Below are positions 38,708 to 49,325 of a stretch of 54,040 nt of DNA, piece after piece. This stretch comes from an uncultured bacterium (lineage in GTDB: Bacteria; Eisenbacteria; RBG-16-71-46). Every line of letters starts with the position of its first letter. Positions within the stretch are counted from its first letter, which is position 1. Location: positions 6,463 to 60,502 of the forward strand of contig CAZZLY010000007.1 in assembly GCA_964655175.1 (NCBI GenBank). The letters are read 5' to 3'. The notes beneath the pieces were generated by a model, which was not told the DNA's origin, did not search any database, and worked only from the letters and a program-made list of their open reading frames with translations. A program made the translations under genes and the position numbers.

Positions 38708-39015
38708 GCGGCACGGCACATCCGTCCCGCCGCCTCATGCCCGTGGGGTCGCCACACGCAGGGGTCTCCCGACCCCGGTGGCCCCGCTCGGCGCGTCCGG
38801 TCCCGTACGGGTGGGCCCCACCGAGACTTAGCTCACGCATCCCTTGAAACGACAACCGAGGTCTCGCCTCGATCACTGAACCGCGGGTCGACTCCCCGCG
38901 AACGGTGCCCGGGAATGGTCCAGCCCAGGACGGACCGACTGTGCGCGGGTGTGCCCGCCCCGCAGTCCGGTGTCCACGGCCCGGCCATGGCCCGAGACAC
39001 CCGTGGAGTGCATGG

Positions 39016-42000
39016 ATGTTCCTCTACAAGCTCGAGATCCAGGGCTTCAAGTCGTTCTGCGACCGCACCGAACTCCACTTCGGCGACGGCATCACCGGCG
39101 TCATCGGTCCGAACGGCTGTGGCAAGACCAACGTCTCCGACGCGATCCGCTGGGTGCTCGGCGAGCAGTCCGCCAAGCAGCTGCGCGGTGACTCGATGGA
39201 GGACGTCATCTTCAACGGCTGCCCGACGCGCAAGCCGCTCGGCATGGCCGAGGTGCACCTCACGTTCAAGAACGACGCGGGCATCCTGCCCACCGAGTTC
39301 TCCGAGGTCACCATCTCGCGCCGCGTGTTCCGCTCCGGCGCCAGCGAGTACTTCCTCAACAAGACGCCGTGCCGTCTGCGCGACATCCGCGACCTGTTCT
39401 TCGACACGGGCATGGGCAGCCACGCCTACGCCGTGATCGAGCGCTCGATGGTCGACAACATCCTCTCGGACAACACCAGCCATCGCCGGTTCCTGTTCGA
39501 GGAGGCGTCGGGCATCACCAAGTACAAGGCGCGCAAGAAGGAGGCGCTCAACAAGCTCGACGCCACCGAGAGCGACCTCACGCGTCTCAACGACATCGTG
39601 TTCGAGATCGAGCGCGAGCTGCGCTCGCTCGCGCGGCAGGTCGGCAAGGCGCGGCGGTTCCAGCGCCTGCGCGACGAGGTCCGCGACCTCGACCTGACGC
39701 TCACCGCCGGCACGATCGACGCGCTCAAGGCGCGCGAGGCCAAGGCGCGCGAGGAATGGCAGGAGGAGGTCGTGCGCCGCGAGGGCGTGTCGGCGTCGCT
39801 CGACACGCTCGAGGCGCAGCTGACCGATCAGAAGCTGGCGCTGCTCGAACTCGAGCGCGAGCTGCTCACCGCGCAGGGCGGCCTCAAGGATCGCGAGACC
39901 GCGCGTGTCGCCGCCGAGCAGCAGGTCATCCTGCTGCGCGAGCGCGCCGCCGGGCTCACGCGTCGTGCCGAGGAGGCGGCGCAGGAGGCCACCCGCATGC
40001 GCGAGCGTCTCGAGGAGACGCAGGCGCGCGAGCAGGAGGTCCAGCTCACGCTGCAGGCCACGCGCGAGCGCGGTCAGTCGGCGCTCATGGAGTCCGAGGA
40101 GGCGGAGGCCGCGCTCGAGAAGGTCGAGCAGGAGCTGCGCGCCGGACGGTCCAAGGCCGCCGAAGCCAAGCAGCTGTCGCTCGACCTGTTCTCGGTCGAG
40201 GCCGACAAGAAGGGTCTGCGCGACCGTCTGCGCGATCGTCTGACGTCGCTGGGCGAGCGCAAGGCCGCCGCCGAGGCCCGTCGCGCCGAGCTGCTCGAGC
40301 GCGTCGCCGACCTCGAGCGCGCGCAGGCCGAGGGCGCCGTGCGTCGCACCGAGCTCGAGGAGAGCGTCACCGCCGCGCGCGCCGAACTGGCCGCCGCCGA
40401 GGACACCATCCGCGCCGCCGAGGCCCGCATCCAGGAGGTCGAGGGCCAGCTGGGGCGCATGCGCCAGCAGTCGGCCGCCGCGCAGTCGCGTCTCGACACG
40501 TTGCTCGAGCTCAAGGCCAACTTCGAGGGCGTCTCCGAGGGCGTGAAGGTGCTGCTCGCCGAGCGCGAGTCGCTGCCCGGGCTCGTGGGCGTCGTCGCCG
40601 ACGTCATCGAGGTGCCGCAGCAGCATCTCGATGCGCTCGAGGCGTCGTTGGGCGAGGCCGCGTCGTTCGTGCTGGTCGAGGACCGCGCCGCAGTCACGCC
40701 GTCGATCGAGCGTCTGCGCCGTCCCGAGAGCGGTCGCGCCACGCTGCTCGACCTGTCGGCGCTGCAGGCGCGCACGCTGCCGGACGTCCCGGCGGTGGAC
40801 GGTGTCATCGGCCGCGCGTCGGACCTGGTGCGGTTCGAGGAGCGCTTCCGGCCGGTCGCCGAGCGGTTGCTGGGTTCGGTCATCGTCGTCGACTCGCGCG
40901 AGCGGGCCGCGACGCTGGCGCAGGAGTCGCCCGCCGGGCTGCGCTTCGTGAGCGCCGACGGCGAGGTGTGGGAGCGCGGTCGCGTGCGTGCCGGTGCCGC
41001 CAAGACGTCGGGCGGTCTGCTGCACCGCGAGGCCGAGATCCGCGACCTGTCGGGCACGCTCACCGAGCTCGCCCTGTCGCTCGACGCGCTGCAGACGCAG
41101 CGTGAGGCCGAGGGTCAGGCGCGCGAGCAGGCCATCGAGCAGCGCGACAACGCCCGCTGGATGCTGGACGAGACCAAGACCGCGCTCGAGGCGCAGGTTC
41201 GCGAGATCGCCGGCATGGAGCGCGAGCGCACGTTCGCGGCGAACGAGGCCGGCGAGCGCGTGCGCGAGATGGAGGCGTTCGCGGGCGAGGTGGACGGGCT
41301 CACGCAGCAGCTCACCGAGGCCGAAGCCGAGCTCATGCAGTTCCAGGGCGAACTCGACGTCGTCCGCACGCAGCTCGCCGAGAGCGACGGTGCGGTGCGC
41401 GACCTCGAGACGCGCCGCGACGACGCCTCGTCGCGCGCGCAGGCCGCTCGCGAGCAGCTGCTGCAGCTGTCGCGCTCGTCGAGCGAACTCGAATCCCAGT
41501 GGGCGCGTCTCGAGCAGACGGTGCAGGAGCTCACGAACGGCATCGCGCAGCGTCAGAGCGAGTCCGAGCAGCACCGCAGCGGCATCGACGAGATCGAGGC
41601 GCAGGTGAACGGGCTGGCGGCCGGCCTCACGGGCCTGCTCGAGTCCGAGGGCTCGCAGCGCGAGCGCGTCGTCGAACTGCAGATGCGCTTCAACGAGCTC
41701 AAGGGCGAGGTGCAGAGCCTCGACGACCGGGCGCGCGACCTGCGCTTCCAGAACACGGAGCTGGGCGAGCGTCTGCACGGTCTCGACATCGACCGCGTCC
41801 AGGCGCGCGCCGAGCTCGACCGCACCTACGAGCGCATCAAGACCGAGTACGAGATCGACCCCGAGCAGTTCACGCCGCAGCCGCTGCCCGAGGGCGTGAC
41901 GCTCGAGGAGGCGCCCAAGCGCCTCGAGTCCGCGCGCACCACGCTGCGCTCGCTGGGCCCGGTCAACCTGCTCGCGCTCGAGGAGTACAGCCGCAAGAAG

Positions 42001-42600
42001 GAGCGCTTCACGTTCCTCACCCAGCAGCGCGAGGACGTGCTCCAGGCCAAGGCGCAGCTGCTCGAGGCCATCGAGAAGATCAACGTCACCGCCTCGGAGC
42101 TGTTCAGCGAGACGTTCGCGAAGGTCCACAAGAACTTCAAGGACATCTTCCAGACGCTGTTCGAGGGCGGCGATTGCGAGCTGCGTCTGCTCGGCGACGA
42201 TCCCATGGACGCCGAGATCGAGATCGCGGCCAAGCCGCGCGGCAAGCACCTGCAGAGCATCACGCTCATGTCCTCGGGCGAGCGCTCGCTCACCGCGATC
42301 GCGCTGCTGTTCGCGGTCTACCTGGTGAAGCCGTCGCCGTTCTGTCTGCTGGACGAAGTCGATGCGCCGCTCGACGACGCGAACGTGGAGCGCTTCCTCA
42401 ACATGCTCAAGCGCTTCGGCGATCGCACGCAGTTCGTGGTCATCACGCACAACAAGAAGACCATGGAGTCGGCCGGCTGCATCTACGGCGTCACCATGCA
42501 GGAGCTGGGTGTCTCCAAGCTCGTCTCGGTCAACCTCGACGGTGTCGACGTGAGCCACAGCACGCGTCGCATCACGCCGGTCGAGCCGGCGACCGTCTGA
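39016..42600 (+). CDS. smc: Chromosome segregation protein SMC
   Basis: [21 protein letters not shown], coiled coils, hinge, LGPVN..A.EEY, SGE signature, [13 protein letters not shown] and ITH motifs. Confidence 0.97.
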   Translation: MFLYKLEIQGFKSFCDRTELHFGDGITGVIGPNGCGKTNVSDAIRWVLGEQSAKQLRGDSMEDVIFNGCPTRKPLGMAEVHLTFKNDAGILPTEFSEVTISRRVFRSGASEYFLNKTPCRLRDIRDLFFDTGMGSHAYAVIERSMVDNILSDNTSHRRFLFEEASGITKYKARKKEALNKLDATESDLTRLNDIVFEIERELRSLARQVGKARRFQRLRDEVRDLDLTLTAGTIDALKAREAKAREEWQEEVVRREGVSASLDTLEAQLTDQKLALLELERELLTAQGGLKDRETARVAAEQQVILLRERAAGLTRRAEEAAQEATRMRERLEETQAREQEVQLTLQATRERGQSALMESEEAEAALEKVEQELRAGRSKAAEAKQLSLDLFSVEADKKGLRDRLRDRLTSLGERKAAAEARRAELLERVADLERAQAEGAVRRTELEESVTAARAELAAAEDTIRAAEARIQEVEGQLGRMRQQSAAAQSRLDTLLELKANFEGVSEGVKVLLAERESLPGLVGVVADVIEVPQQHLDALEASLGEAASFVLVEDRAAVTPSIERLRRPESGRATLLDLSALQARTLPDVPAVDGVIGRASDLVRFEERFRPVAERLLGSVIVVDSRERAATLAQESPAGLRFVSADGEVWERGRVRAGAAKTSGGLLHREAEIRDLSGTLTELALSLDALQTQREAEGQAREQAIEQRDNARWMLDETKTALEAQVREIAGMERERTFAANEAGERVREMEAFAGEVDGLTQQLTEAEAELMQFQGELDVVRTQLAESDGAVRDLETRRDDASSRAQAAREQLLQLSRSSSELESQWARLEQTVQELTNGIAQRQSESEQHRSGIDEIEAQVNGLAAGLTGLLESEGSQRERVVELQMRFNELKGEVQSLDDRARDLRFQNTELGERLHGLDIDRVQARAELDRTYERIKTEYEIDPEQFTPQPLPEGVTLEEAPKRLESARTTLRSLGPVNLLALEEYSRKKERFTFLTQQREDVLQAKAQLLEAIEKINVTASELFSETFAKVHKNFKDIFQTLFEGGDCELRLLGDDPMDAEIEIAAKPRGKHLQSITLMSSGERSLTAIALLFAVYLVKPSPFCLLDEVDAPLDDANVERFLNMLKRFGDRTQFVVITHNKKTMESAGCIYGVTMQELGVSKLVSVNLDGVDVSHSTRRITPVEPATV

Positions 42601-42670
42601 CGTCACGGAGGATGGACGTGCGCGCGGTGTCGGCCCCCCGGGGTCGCACCGCGCGTCGTGCTTCACGACC

Positions 42671-43573
42671 ATGAACCTGTGGGATCGTTTCCGGCGCGGA
42701 CTCGAGCGCACCCGTGAGGCCCTGACCACCGTGGTCGGCGCCGCACTGGGTCGGCGCACCGTGGACGCCGCGACCGTCGAGTCGCTCGAGGAGGCGCTGC
42801 TCGCCGCCGACGTCGGGCCCGCCACCACGGACCGGCTCATCGCCGATGCGCGCAAGCGTCTGGACCGCGACGCGACGCTGGATCTGCGCGGCGCGCTCGA
42901 GCAGGCCGCCGAGGGGATCCTGTCGGCGCAGCGCGCCTCGTTCACACCCTCGCCCGAAACGCCGTGGGTGGTGCTGCTCATCGGCGTGAACGGGGTGGGC
43001 AAGACCACGTTCGCGGGCAAGCTCGCGGCCACGTGGGCGCGCGAGGGGCGCAAGGTCATGCTCATCGCGGCCGACACGTTCCGGGCCGCCGCCGCCGAGC
43101 AGCTCGAGGTGTGGGCGGGCCGTGCCGGCGTCGAGATCATCCGCGCGGGCCGTGACGGCGCCGATCCGGCGGCCGTGGTGCACGACGGGCTCGCGGCGGC
43201 GCGCGCGCGCGGCACCGACATCGTGCTGGTGGACACCGCAGGGCGCCTGCACACCAAGCACAACCTCATGACCGAGCTCGAGAAGGTGGCGCGCGTGTGC
43301 GGCCGTCAGGTGCCCGGTGCGCCGCACCACGTGCTGCTCGTGCTCGACGGCACGCAGGGACTCAACGGCCTCGCCCAGGCGCGCACGTTCACGCAGTCGG
43401 TCCCCATCACGAGCCTCGCCGTGACCAAGCTCGACGGCACCTCGCGCGGCGGCGTCGTGCTGGCGATCGCCGGCGAGCTGGGCCTGCCGGTGAGTCTGGT
43501 GGGACTGGGCGAGGGCGTCGACGACTGGCAGGCGTTCGATGCGGCCGCCTACGCCCGCGGCCTGTTCGAGTAG
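42671..43573 (+). CDS. ftsY: Signal recognition particle receptor FtsY (NG only)
   Basis: [36 protein letters not shown] and [10 protein letters not shown] motifs. Confidence 0.96.
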   Translation: MNLWDRFRRGLERTREALTTVVGAALGRRTVDAATVESLEEALLAADVGPATTDRLIADARKRLDRDATLDLRGALEQAAEGILSAQRASFTPSPETPWVVLLIGVNGVGKTTFAGKLAATWAREGRKVMLIAADTFRAAAAEQLEVWAGRAGVEIIRAGRDGADPAAVVHDGLAAARARGTDIVLVDTAGRLHTKHNLMTELEKVARVCGRQVPGAPHHVLLVLDGTQGLNGLAQARTFTQSVPITSLAVTKLDGTSRGGVVLAIAGELGLPVSLVGLGEGVDDWQAFDAAAYARGLFE

Positions 43574-43594
43574 CACTCCACGCGTTGCCGATGT

Positions 43595-43632
43595 GACGAG
43601 GCCCGGGACGCGCACGCGTCCCGGGCCTCGTC
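43595..43632. terminator. Perfect 18-bp inverted repeat between convergent genes (likely bidirectional terminator)
   Basis: GACGAGGCCCGGGACGCG-CA-CGCGTCCCGGGCCTCGTC. Confidence 0.65.
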
Positions 43633-43650
43633 GTCGTCGCGCCGCAGAGG

Positions 43651-44556
43651 TCAGCGCTTCGGCTTGGGCTTCGGTGCAGCGGGCTTGCCGCCCTTGCCCG
43701 CCGCTTCGCGGGCGCGCTGCTCGGCGATCGTGGCGCGGTACTCCACGGGCACCATGCGCGCCTCGAGTCCGCCGCGGCCCATGCCGATCAGGCGTGCCGT
43801 GCCCAACGCGCGGTCACGCGTCGTGAGCGGGGTGGCGTCGCCCGAGCGACCGATGAGCCACGCCTTGCGCGCGGCCGACGACTCCACGTCCTCGCGCACG
43901 AGGTGCGTGAGCGGGATCTGCAGCGAGAAGTGGCTGGTGCGGTTCTCACGCACCTCCTGGTACACGGAACTGTCGCCGACGCTCTGCGTGGCGCCCGTAC
44001 CCTGCTTGAGCAGCACCTTGAGCGTCTTGTAGTCGCCGACCGGCGTCGAGCAGGTGTCGGTGCCCAGCGTGTCGCGCGTCCAGCGCACGGGGTTCTTGAC
44101 CTCGCGGCGCGTCTTGAGCGTGCTCGCTGCGGGCTTGTTGATCTCCAGTCGCGGCTCACCGTCCTGATTGAGCGTGTTGATCGAGACGCGCGTGTAGAAC
44201 TGCAGGCGCTGCACCGCCGAGGTGTCCTTGAACGCTTCGTACGAGACGAGCGAGGCGAGCACCTCGAGCGGCTGCCCGGGCACGTCCTTCCAGGTCTCGA
44301 GCCAGAACCCCGGGTCGCCCCAGAAGTCGTATTCACCGGCCACGAGCAGCGTGATCGTGTAGTCCTCCTCGACCCCCATCTCGCTGCGACCCGTCATGCG
44401 GTAGCGCAGCCAGTCGCCGACCTTGAAGTCGGGCTTGTTCGCGTAGTCCACGAGTCCGATGCCGTTGATCTGGACCGGGGCGGCGTGGGCCGCGCCGGTG
44501 AACAACGCGACGAGCACGAGGGAGAGGGCGAGCAGGGCACGGATGGCACGACGCAT
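43651..44556 (-). CDS. Exported hypothetical protein
   Basis: Signal peptide (AHA cleavage), strong codon bias, GGAG RBS and Lys/Pro tail. No family recognised. Confidence 0.75.
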   Translation of the reverse strand: MRRAIRALLALSLVLVALFTGAAHAAPVQINGIGLVDYANKPDFKVGDWLRYRMTGRSEMGVEEDYTITLLVAGEYDFWGDPGFWLETWKDVPGQPLEVLASLVSYEAFKDTSAVQRLQFYTRVSINTLNQDGEPRLEINKPAASTLKTRREVKNPVRWTRDTLGTDTCSTPVGDYKTLKVLLKQGTGATQSVGDSSVYQEVRENRTSHFSLQIPLTHLVREDVESSAARKAWLIGRSGDATPLTTRDRALGTARLIGMGRGGLEARMVPVEYRATIAEQRAREAAGKGGKPAAPKPKPKR

Positions 44557-44645
44557 GCAGTGAGTCTCCGCGAGGCGGGGCCGTGTGGCGCCGCACGAGG
44601 GTTCGGGACGACCGATCGCACCCGCACGAGGGCGGGCGTCCCTCG

Positions 44646-44654
44646 ATTATAGCA
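44646..44654 (-). promoter_or_regulatory. Consensus extended -10 promoter (TGCTATAAT) for the exported hypothetical gene
   Basis: The plus strand reads ATTATAGCA, which is TGCTATAAT on the minus strand, about 90 nt upstream of ATG 44556. Confidence 0.6.
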
Positions 44655-44706
44655 GTGGGTCCAGCCGTGCGGTGGGCCCGCGCCCCCGGGCAGGAGGAGT
44701 TTGACG

Positions 44707-45426
44707 ATGACCGAACCGATCCGGTCGCCGGGGCTCGCGCTCGTCGGGCCCGACGCGGAGACGACACCGCCCCCGAGCCGGCCGCGTCCGCTCGGCCCCC
44801 GTGCCCGGCTGCGTGAGGCGGGCCCGGGCGCGTTGTCGGGGGCCGAACTGCTGGCGCTCGTGCTCGCCACGGGCACCCCGGACCGTCCCGCGCTTCGCGT
44901 CGCTCGGGCGCTGGCGCGGCATCATCCGGCCGAACTGGGGCACTGGCCGTGGGCGCGCTGGCGTACCGCGACGGGCGTCGGCCCCGAACAGGCGGACGCG
45001 CTCTCGGCCGCGTTCGAGCTGGGGCGACGGGCGCACGACGTGCCCGCCCATCGGACGCCCATCCGCGGGCCCGAGGACGTGTTGCCGCACGTGCGCGACC
45101 TGACGCGGGCGCGGCGCGAGCACTTCGTGGTGCTGCTGCTCAACGCGAGGCACGAGCTCGACCGGCGCGAGACGGTGAGCATCGGCTCGCTCAACGCCTC
45201 GATCGTGCATCCACGCGAGGTGTTCCTGCCCGCGATCCTGCACTCGGCGGCGAGTCTCGTGCTCGTGCACAACCATCCGAGCGGCGACCCCGAGCCGAGC
45301 GAGGAGGACCTGAGCATCACACGGCGCCTGCTCGAGGTCGGCGAACTGGTGGGCATCGGCGTGCTCGATCACGTCATCGTGGCTTCGCGCGGCACGGTGA
45401 GCTTCCGCGCAAGGCAACTGCTGTGA
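44707..45426 (+). CDS. radC: RadC / JAB-domain protein
   Basis: AL..AELLAL.L.TG, REHF..LLLN, G.LN.S.VHPREVF, HNHPSGDPEPS.ED and LDHVI motifs. AGGAGG RBS. Confidence 0.93.
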   Translation: MTEPIRSPGLALVGPDAETTPPPSRPRPLGPRARLREAGPGALSGAELLALVLATGTPDRPALRVARALARHHPAELGHWPWARWRTATGVGPEQADALSAAFELGRRAHDVPAHRTPIRGPEDVLPHVRDLTRARREHFVVLLLNARHELDRRETVSIGSLNASIVHPREVFLPAILHSAASLVLVHNHPSGDPEPSEEDLSITRRLLEVGELVGIGVLDHVIVASRGTVSFRARQLL

Positions 45427-45430
45427 CGCG

Positions 45431-46195
45431 TCAGCGGCGCGGCGGGCGCGGCAGGAACGCGCTCGTGCGCGCCGCGTACGCGTCCCACCCGGGGCGGCCG
45501 CGCATGCCCGCCTCGAGCATCGCGACGCCCGAGACGCGCGTGAGCAGGAACGTCATGAGCCCTGGGCCCGCGAGCGTCCACCACGGGGCGCGGGCCGCGA
45601 GCGCGAACAGCGCCACGCCCCACCACACGCACGCGTCGCCGAAGTAGTTGGGGTGGCGCGTCCACGCCCACAGGCCGCGGTCCATGATCCGGCCACGGTT
45701 CGCGGGGTCGCGCTTGAACGCGGCCAGCTGCGCGTCGCCCACGACCTCGAACAGGAACCCGACCAGCCACACCATCAGTGCCAGCGCATCGAGGAGCCCG
45801 AGCGGTGTGCGCGAGGCCGCGAGGCTCGCGAACGGCAGACCGATGACCACCACCAGCGCCGCCTGCAGCAGGAACACGGTCACGAGGCTCGTGAGCGGGA
45901 ACGTGCGCGGGGCGCGCGCGCGCATCGCGGCGTAGCGCGGGTCCTCGGCGTGGCCGCGGTTGCGACGGTGGATGTGCAGGCCCAGCCGCACGCCCCACAC
46001 GGTCGTCAGTACCGCCACGAGCCACGCACGCGGGCCCGCGTCGGGCGCGAGGGCGAGCTGCAGCCACGCGCTCAGTGCGAACGCCGGGCCCCAGACGCGA
46101 TCGACCAGACTCGCGTCGCGCGCCCGCACGCTCACCGCCCACAGGGCCACGAACAACGCGGCCACGGGCCACGCGCCGAGGACGAGGGGCGACAT
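45431..46195 (-). CDS. DUF1295 membrane protein (steroid 5-alpha-reductase-like)
   Basis: WG.RL, EDPRY, E..GD.QL..FK, GLWAWTRHPNYFG and Y..RTS.F.P motifs. Confidence 0.9.
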   Translation of the reverse strand: MSPLVLGAWPVAALFVALWAVSVRARDASLVDRVWGPAFALSAWLQLALAPDAGPRAWLVAVLTTVWGVRLGLHIHRRNRGHAEDPRYAAMRARAPRTFPLTSLVTVFLLQAALVVVIGLPFASLAASRTPLGLLDALALMVWLVGFLFEVVGDAQLAAFKRDPANRGRIMDRGLWAWTRHPNYFGDACVWWGVALFALAARAPWWTLAGPGLMTFLLTRVSGVAMLEAGMRGRPGWDAYAARTSAFLPRPPRR

Positions 46196-47238
46196 CAGCC
46201 CTCGCGCTTCGGCACGAGCCGCGCGTGGGTCACGAACCAGTCCTCGCCGGTGCCGAAGCCGAACAGCTCCTCGCACGCCATGAAGAACAGCCGCCAGCGC
46301 TGGAACCAGCGGGCCGCGTCGCGCGCGCCGTACGTCTCGGCGAGGATCGGCATCAGGGCGTCGCGTGCGGCGTCCTGGTGCTCGAGCCACGCCCGGCTCG
46401 TGCGCGCGTAGTGCATGCCGTTGACGCGCCAGCGGCCCGCGAGCGTGTAGTCGCGCGCGCACTCGGCGAGCAGCGTCTCGGACGGCATGAGCCCACCGGT
46501 GAAGAAGTGCCTCGCCAGCCAGTCGCTGCGGCCGTCCACCTCGAAGAAGTAGGTGGCGTCGCGCATGCAGAACACGTGCACGAACAGCGCACCCTCGGGG
46601 GCGAGCCAGCCGTGGATGCGCGCGAGCAGACCCTCCCAGTCGCGCATGTGCTCGAACATCTCGACCGACACGACGCGGTCGTAGCGTGCGCCCGCGGGCG
46701 GGGCGAACGCGTTCATGTCGGCGGTGATCACCTCGACGTTCGTCAGCCCCCGTTCGGCCGCGCGCGCCAGGATGAACGCACGCTGCGAGGTGCTGTTGGA
46801 GACCGCGGTGATGCGCGAGGCGGGGAAGTGCTCGGCCATCCACAGCGTGAGCGAGCCCCAGCCGCAACCGAGCTCCAGGATGCGCTGGCCGTCGACGAGG
46901 TCGGCGCGCTCGGCGGTGATCGCGAGCATGGCCTCCTCGGCCTGCGCGAGCGTGCGCGCGCCGTCCCACCACGCACTCGAGTACTTCATGCGCGGGCCCA
47001 GCACGTGCGTGAAGAACGCGGCCGGGACCTCGTAGTGCTGCGTGTTGGCCTCGCGCGTGTGCAGGGCGATCGGTGCGGTGCGCATGGCCTCGCGCACCGC
47101 GGCCGCGCGTGCGGCCATCGCGGTGGGCCCGCCGTCGCGCTCGAGTCGCGCCTTGTCCGCGCACAGTCGCCGGATGCCCCACCGCACCAGCGCGTCGGGC
47201 ACGAGTCCGCGCTCGACGAGTTCCATGACGACGTCCAT
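46195..47238 (-). CDS. SAM-dependent methyltransferase, CFA-synthase / coclaurine N-methyltransferase-like
   Basis: AN.QHYEVP..FF..LG.RMKYS, ILELGCGWGSL, VSNS..Q, SVEMFEHM, FFTGG.MPS and G.HY motifs. Confidence 0.88.
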   Translation of the reverse strand: MDVVMELVERGLVPDALVRWGIRRLCADKARLERDGGPTAMAARAAAVREAMRTAPIALHTREANTQHYEVPAAFFTHVLGPRMKYSSAWWDGARTLAQAEEAMLAITAERADLVDGQRILELGCGWGSLTLWMAEHFPASRITAVSNSTSQRAFILARAAERGLTNVEVITADMNAFAPPAGARYDRVVSVEMFEHMRDWEGLLARIHGWLAPEGALFVHVFCMRDATYFFEVDGRSDWLARHFFTGGLMPSETLLAECARDYTLAGRWRVNGMHYARTSRAWLEHQDAARDALMPILAETYGARDAARWFQRWRLFFMACEELFGFGTGEDWFVTHARLVPKREG

Positions 47239-48509
47239 CACACCGTCCCGCGTGTGGGCGAGGTGACGCCCGTGCCCGCACGCGGGCCGGACAGCACCAC
47301 CTGCAGCAGGCCGATCGTGCGCTCGAGGAAGCCCGCCGCGCAGTAATGGAAGTACCAGCGCCACAGTCGGCGGAACGTCTCGTCGAAGCCCATCGCCGCG
47401 ATCGTGTCGGCGGACGCCTCGAACCGCACGGCCCACTCGTGCAGCGTGCGGGCGTAGTGCGGCGCCAGGTCCTCGAGGTCGTCGATGCGCAGCGACGTGC
47501 CCGCGATCGAGCGGCTCATGGCCCGCAGCGACGGCAGCGCGCTGCCCGGGAAGATGTGCTTCTGGATGAAGTCCACGTTGCGCCGGTACACGTCCTCGTC
47601 GCGGTCGGGGATGGTGATCGCCTGCACCAGGCCCCGGCCGTCGCTCGCCAGCGTGTCGCCGAGGACGCGGAAGTACTCGTCGAGGTGATCGTAGCCCACG
47701 GCCTCGATCATCTCGATGCTCACCACGCGGTCGTAACGCTCGCCCCGAGCGGGCAGGTCGCGGTAGTCGCACTCGAGCAGCGTGATGCGATCGGCGAGCC
47801 CCGCGGCCGCGAACGCCTCGCGCGCGTGGCGCGCCTGCTCGCGGCTGATCGTGGTCGTGGTCACGTGGGCGCCGCGGCGCGCGGCGTGCAGCGCGAAGCC
47901 GCCCCAGCCCGTGCCGATCTCGAGCACCGTGTGCCCCGCGCGCAGCTCCAGCTTGTCGCAGATCACGTCCAGCTTGTGCGCGGCGGCCTCGTCGAGCGTG
48001 GCGTCGGGGTGGGGCCAAAGCGCGCAGGAGTACATGCGCGTGCGATCCAGGAACAGGGCGAAGAAGTCGTTGCCGAGGTCGTAGTGCGCGGCGATGTTGC
48101 GTCGGCTGCCGGTGCGCGAGTTGCCCTGCAGCGCGTGCAGGGCGCGCAGCGCCGGCGTGCGCAGGCGCGCCAGCCCACGCTCGAGCCCGGCCAGCACCTC
48201 GCGGTCGCGCGCGAGGACGCGGATGAGCGTGGTCAGGTCGTCGCTGTCCCACTCGCCGCGGGCGTAGGACTCGGCCGCGCCCAGCGCACCGCCGGTGGCG
48301 ACCTCGACCCAGAAGCGCGGGTCGTGGACGACGATCGACGCGGCGAGGTCGGTGGGGGTGCCCAGCGTGGTCGTCGTGCCGCCCTCGGTCACGCGCACGG
48401 TGCCGCCGCGCACGGTGGCCAGACGTTCGCACACGCCCTCACGGGCGAGGCGTTCGGGAAGGTTGCCGCGCGTCGGGGTCGGGGGCGCGCTCAGCGTCGT
48501 CGGGGTCAT
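47238..48509 (-). CDS. cfa: Cyclopropane-fatty-acyl-phospholipid synthase family methyltransferase (UfaM-like)
   Basis: SRRNIAAHYDLGNDFF..FLD...YS, LEIGTGWGG, TTIS.EQ, SIEMIEAVG, DFIQ.HIFPG, HYARTL and W..Y..YC..GF motifs. Confidence 0.9.
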   Translation of the reverse strand: MTPTTLSAPPTPTRGNLPERLAREGVCERLATVRGGTVRVTEGGTTTTLGTPTDLAASIVVHDPRFWVEVATGGALGAAESYARGEWDSDDLTTLIRVLARDREVLAGLERGLARLRTPALRALHALQGNSRTGSRRNIAAHYDLGNDFFALFLDRTRMYSCALWPHPDATLDEAAAHKLDVICDKLELRAGHTVLEIGTGWGGFALHAARRGAHVTTTTISREQARHAREAFAAAGLADRITLLECDYRDLPARGERYDRVVSIEMIEAVGYDHLDEYFRVLGDTLASDGRGLVQAITIPDRDEDVYRRNVDFIQKHIFPGSALPSLRAMSRSIAGTSLRIDDLEDLAPHYARTLHEWAVRFEASADTIAAMGFDETFRRLWRWYFHYCAAGFLERTIGLLQVVLSGPRAGTGVTSPTRGTV

Positions 48510-48572
48510 GACGGGTCTCCGGGGGAGGGCGCATCATACCCGGCGCGCGGGACGGCCGGGAGGCCCGCTGGG

Positions 48573-49325
48573 CTATTCCGGCGACGCGGCCTTGAGGTCG
48601 TCCGGATGGCGGTGGTACGGCACGCGGCGCAGCCACAGCATCAGGGCGTGCCCGTAGATGCCCGCCAGCACCGACAGGGTCATGAACGGGTGCGTGACGA
48701 GTGCGCCCAGGATCGCGCGACCGGTCAGCGGGCGGCGTTCCATCGCCAGTCCCGCCGTGAAGCCCGCCCCGTCGGGACCCTCGTTCTCGACCCCGACGCC
48801 CAGCCGTTCACCGGGCACCGAGAAACGGAACCGATGCGTCAGGTCCATGCCGAGGAACGGCGAGATGTGGAACGCCTTCGGCACCTCGAACGTGAGCGCC
48901 CCGCCGCGCGCATCGAACACGTAGCAGTGGCGCTGGTTCCACGGCGTGTTGTTGATCTCGGCGACGATCGCCTGGAGCGTCGTGCCGTCGGCGGCGAAGC
49001 AATAGAAGAAGCTCACCGGGTTGAACGCCAGACCGAACGTGCGCGGGTGCGTGAGCAGGCGCACCGTCCCGGTGGGCGTGAAGCCCAGCCGCTCGTGCAC
49101 GAGCGCGCGGATCGCCTCGGCGAGCGATCGCGCGGGGTCCCCCGAGTGATCGGCACGGCGGAACCACAGCAGTGCGGGTCTCGTGGACAGCAGCGGCCAC
49201 GGGCGCGCCGCTTGCGGCAGTTCCGCGAGGTCCAGATACAGCATGTAGAGCGGCCAGCGCAGCACGTGCTCCACCGGGCGGCGGCGCGCGTGGCGGACGT
49301 GGCCCACGTACAGGGCGCTGTTCAC
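48573..49325 (-). CDS. DUF1365 family protein (UfaO-like)
   Basis: ALY.G.V.H.R..P..H, FNPVSFFYC, AEINNTPW..RH.Y, KAFHISPF and IY.HAL.LW motifs. Confidence 0.9.
   Translation of the reverse strand: MNSALYVGHVRHARRRPVEHVLRWPLYMLYLDLAELPQAARPWPLLSTRPALLWFRRADHSGDPARSLAEAIRALVHERLGFTPTGTVRLLTHPRTFGLAFNPVSFFYCFAADGTTLQAIVAEINNTPWNQRHCYVFDARGGALTFEVPKAFHISPFLGMDLTHRFRFSVPGERLGVGVENEGPDGAGFTAGLAMERRPLTGRAILGALVTHPFMTLSVLAGIYGHALMLWLRRVPYHRHPDDLKAASPE

Noticed and set aside
38523-39015. Possible tRNA-Sec, SRP RNA or 6S RNA after selA
   Set aside because: No TCA anticodon arm, no TTCGA T-loop in a cloverleaf, and no SRP domain IV motif found by eye.
38833-43269. Very long antisense ORFs (1478 aa here; also 9645-13442, 13430-16297, 7338-9500 and 20606-22879)
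   Set aside because: Shadow frames of real high-GC genes. They are Arg/Ala-rich, lack motifs, and are expected where stop codons are rare.
44707-45426. radC as a marker of a mobile element or defence island
   Set aside because: It is the full-length chromosomal type with the N-terminal domain, and no mobility genes are nearby.
45431-48432. Long ORFs that appear to fuse or frameshift the MTase and DUF1295 genes
   Set aside because: Each gene has its own ATG in a TGATG overlap and is complete, so no frameshift is needed.
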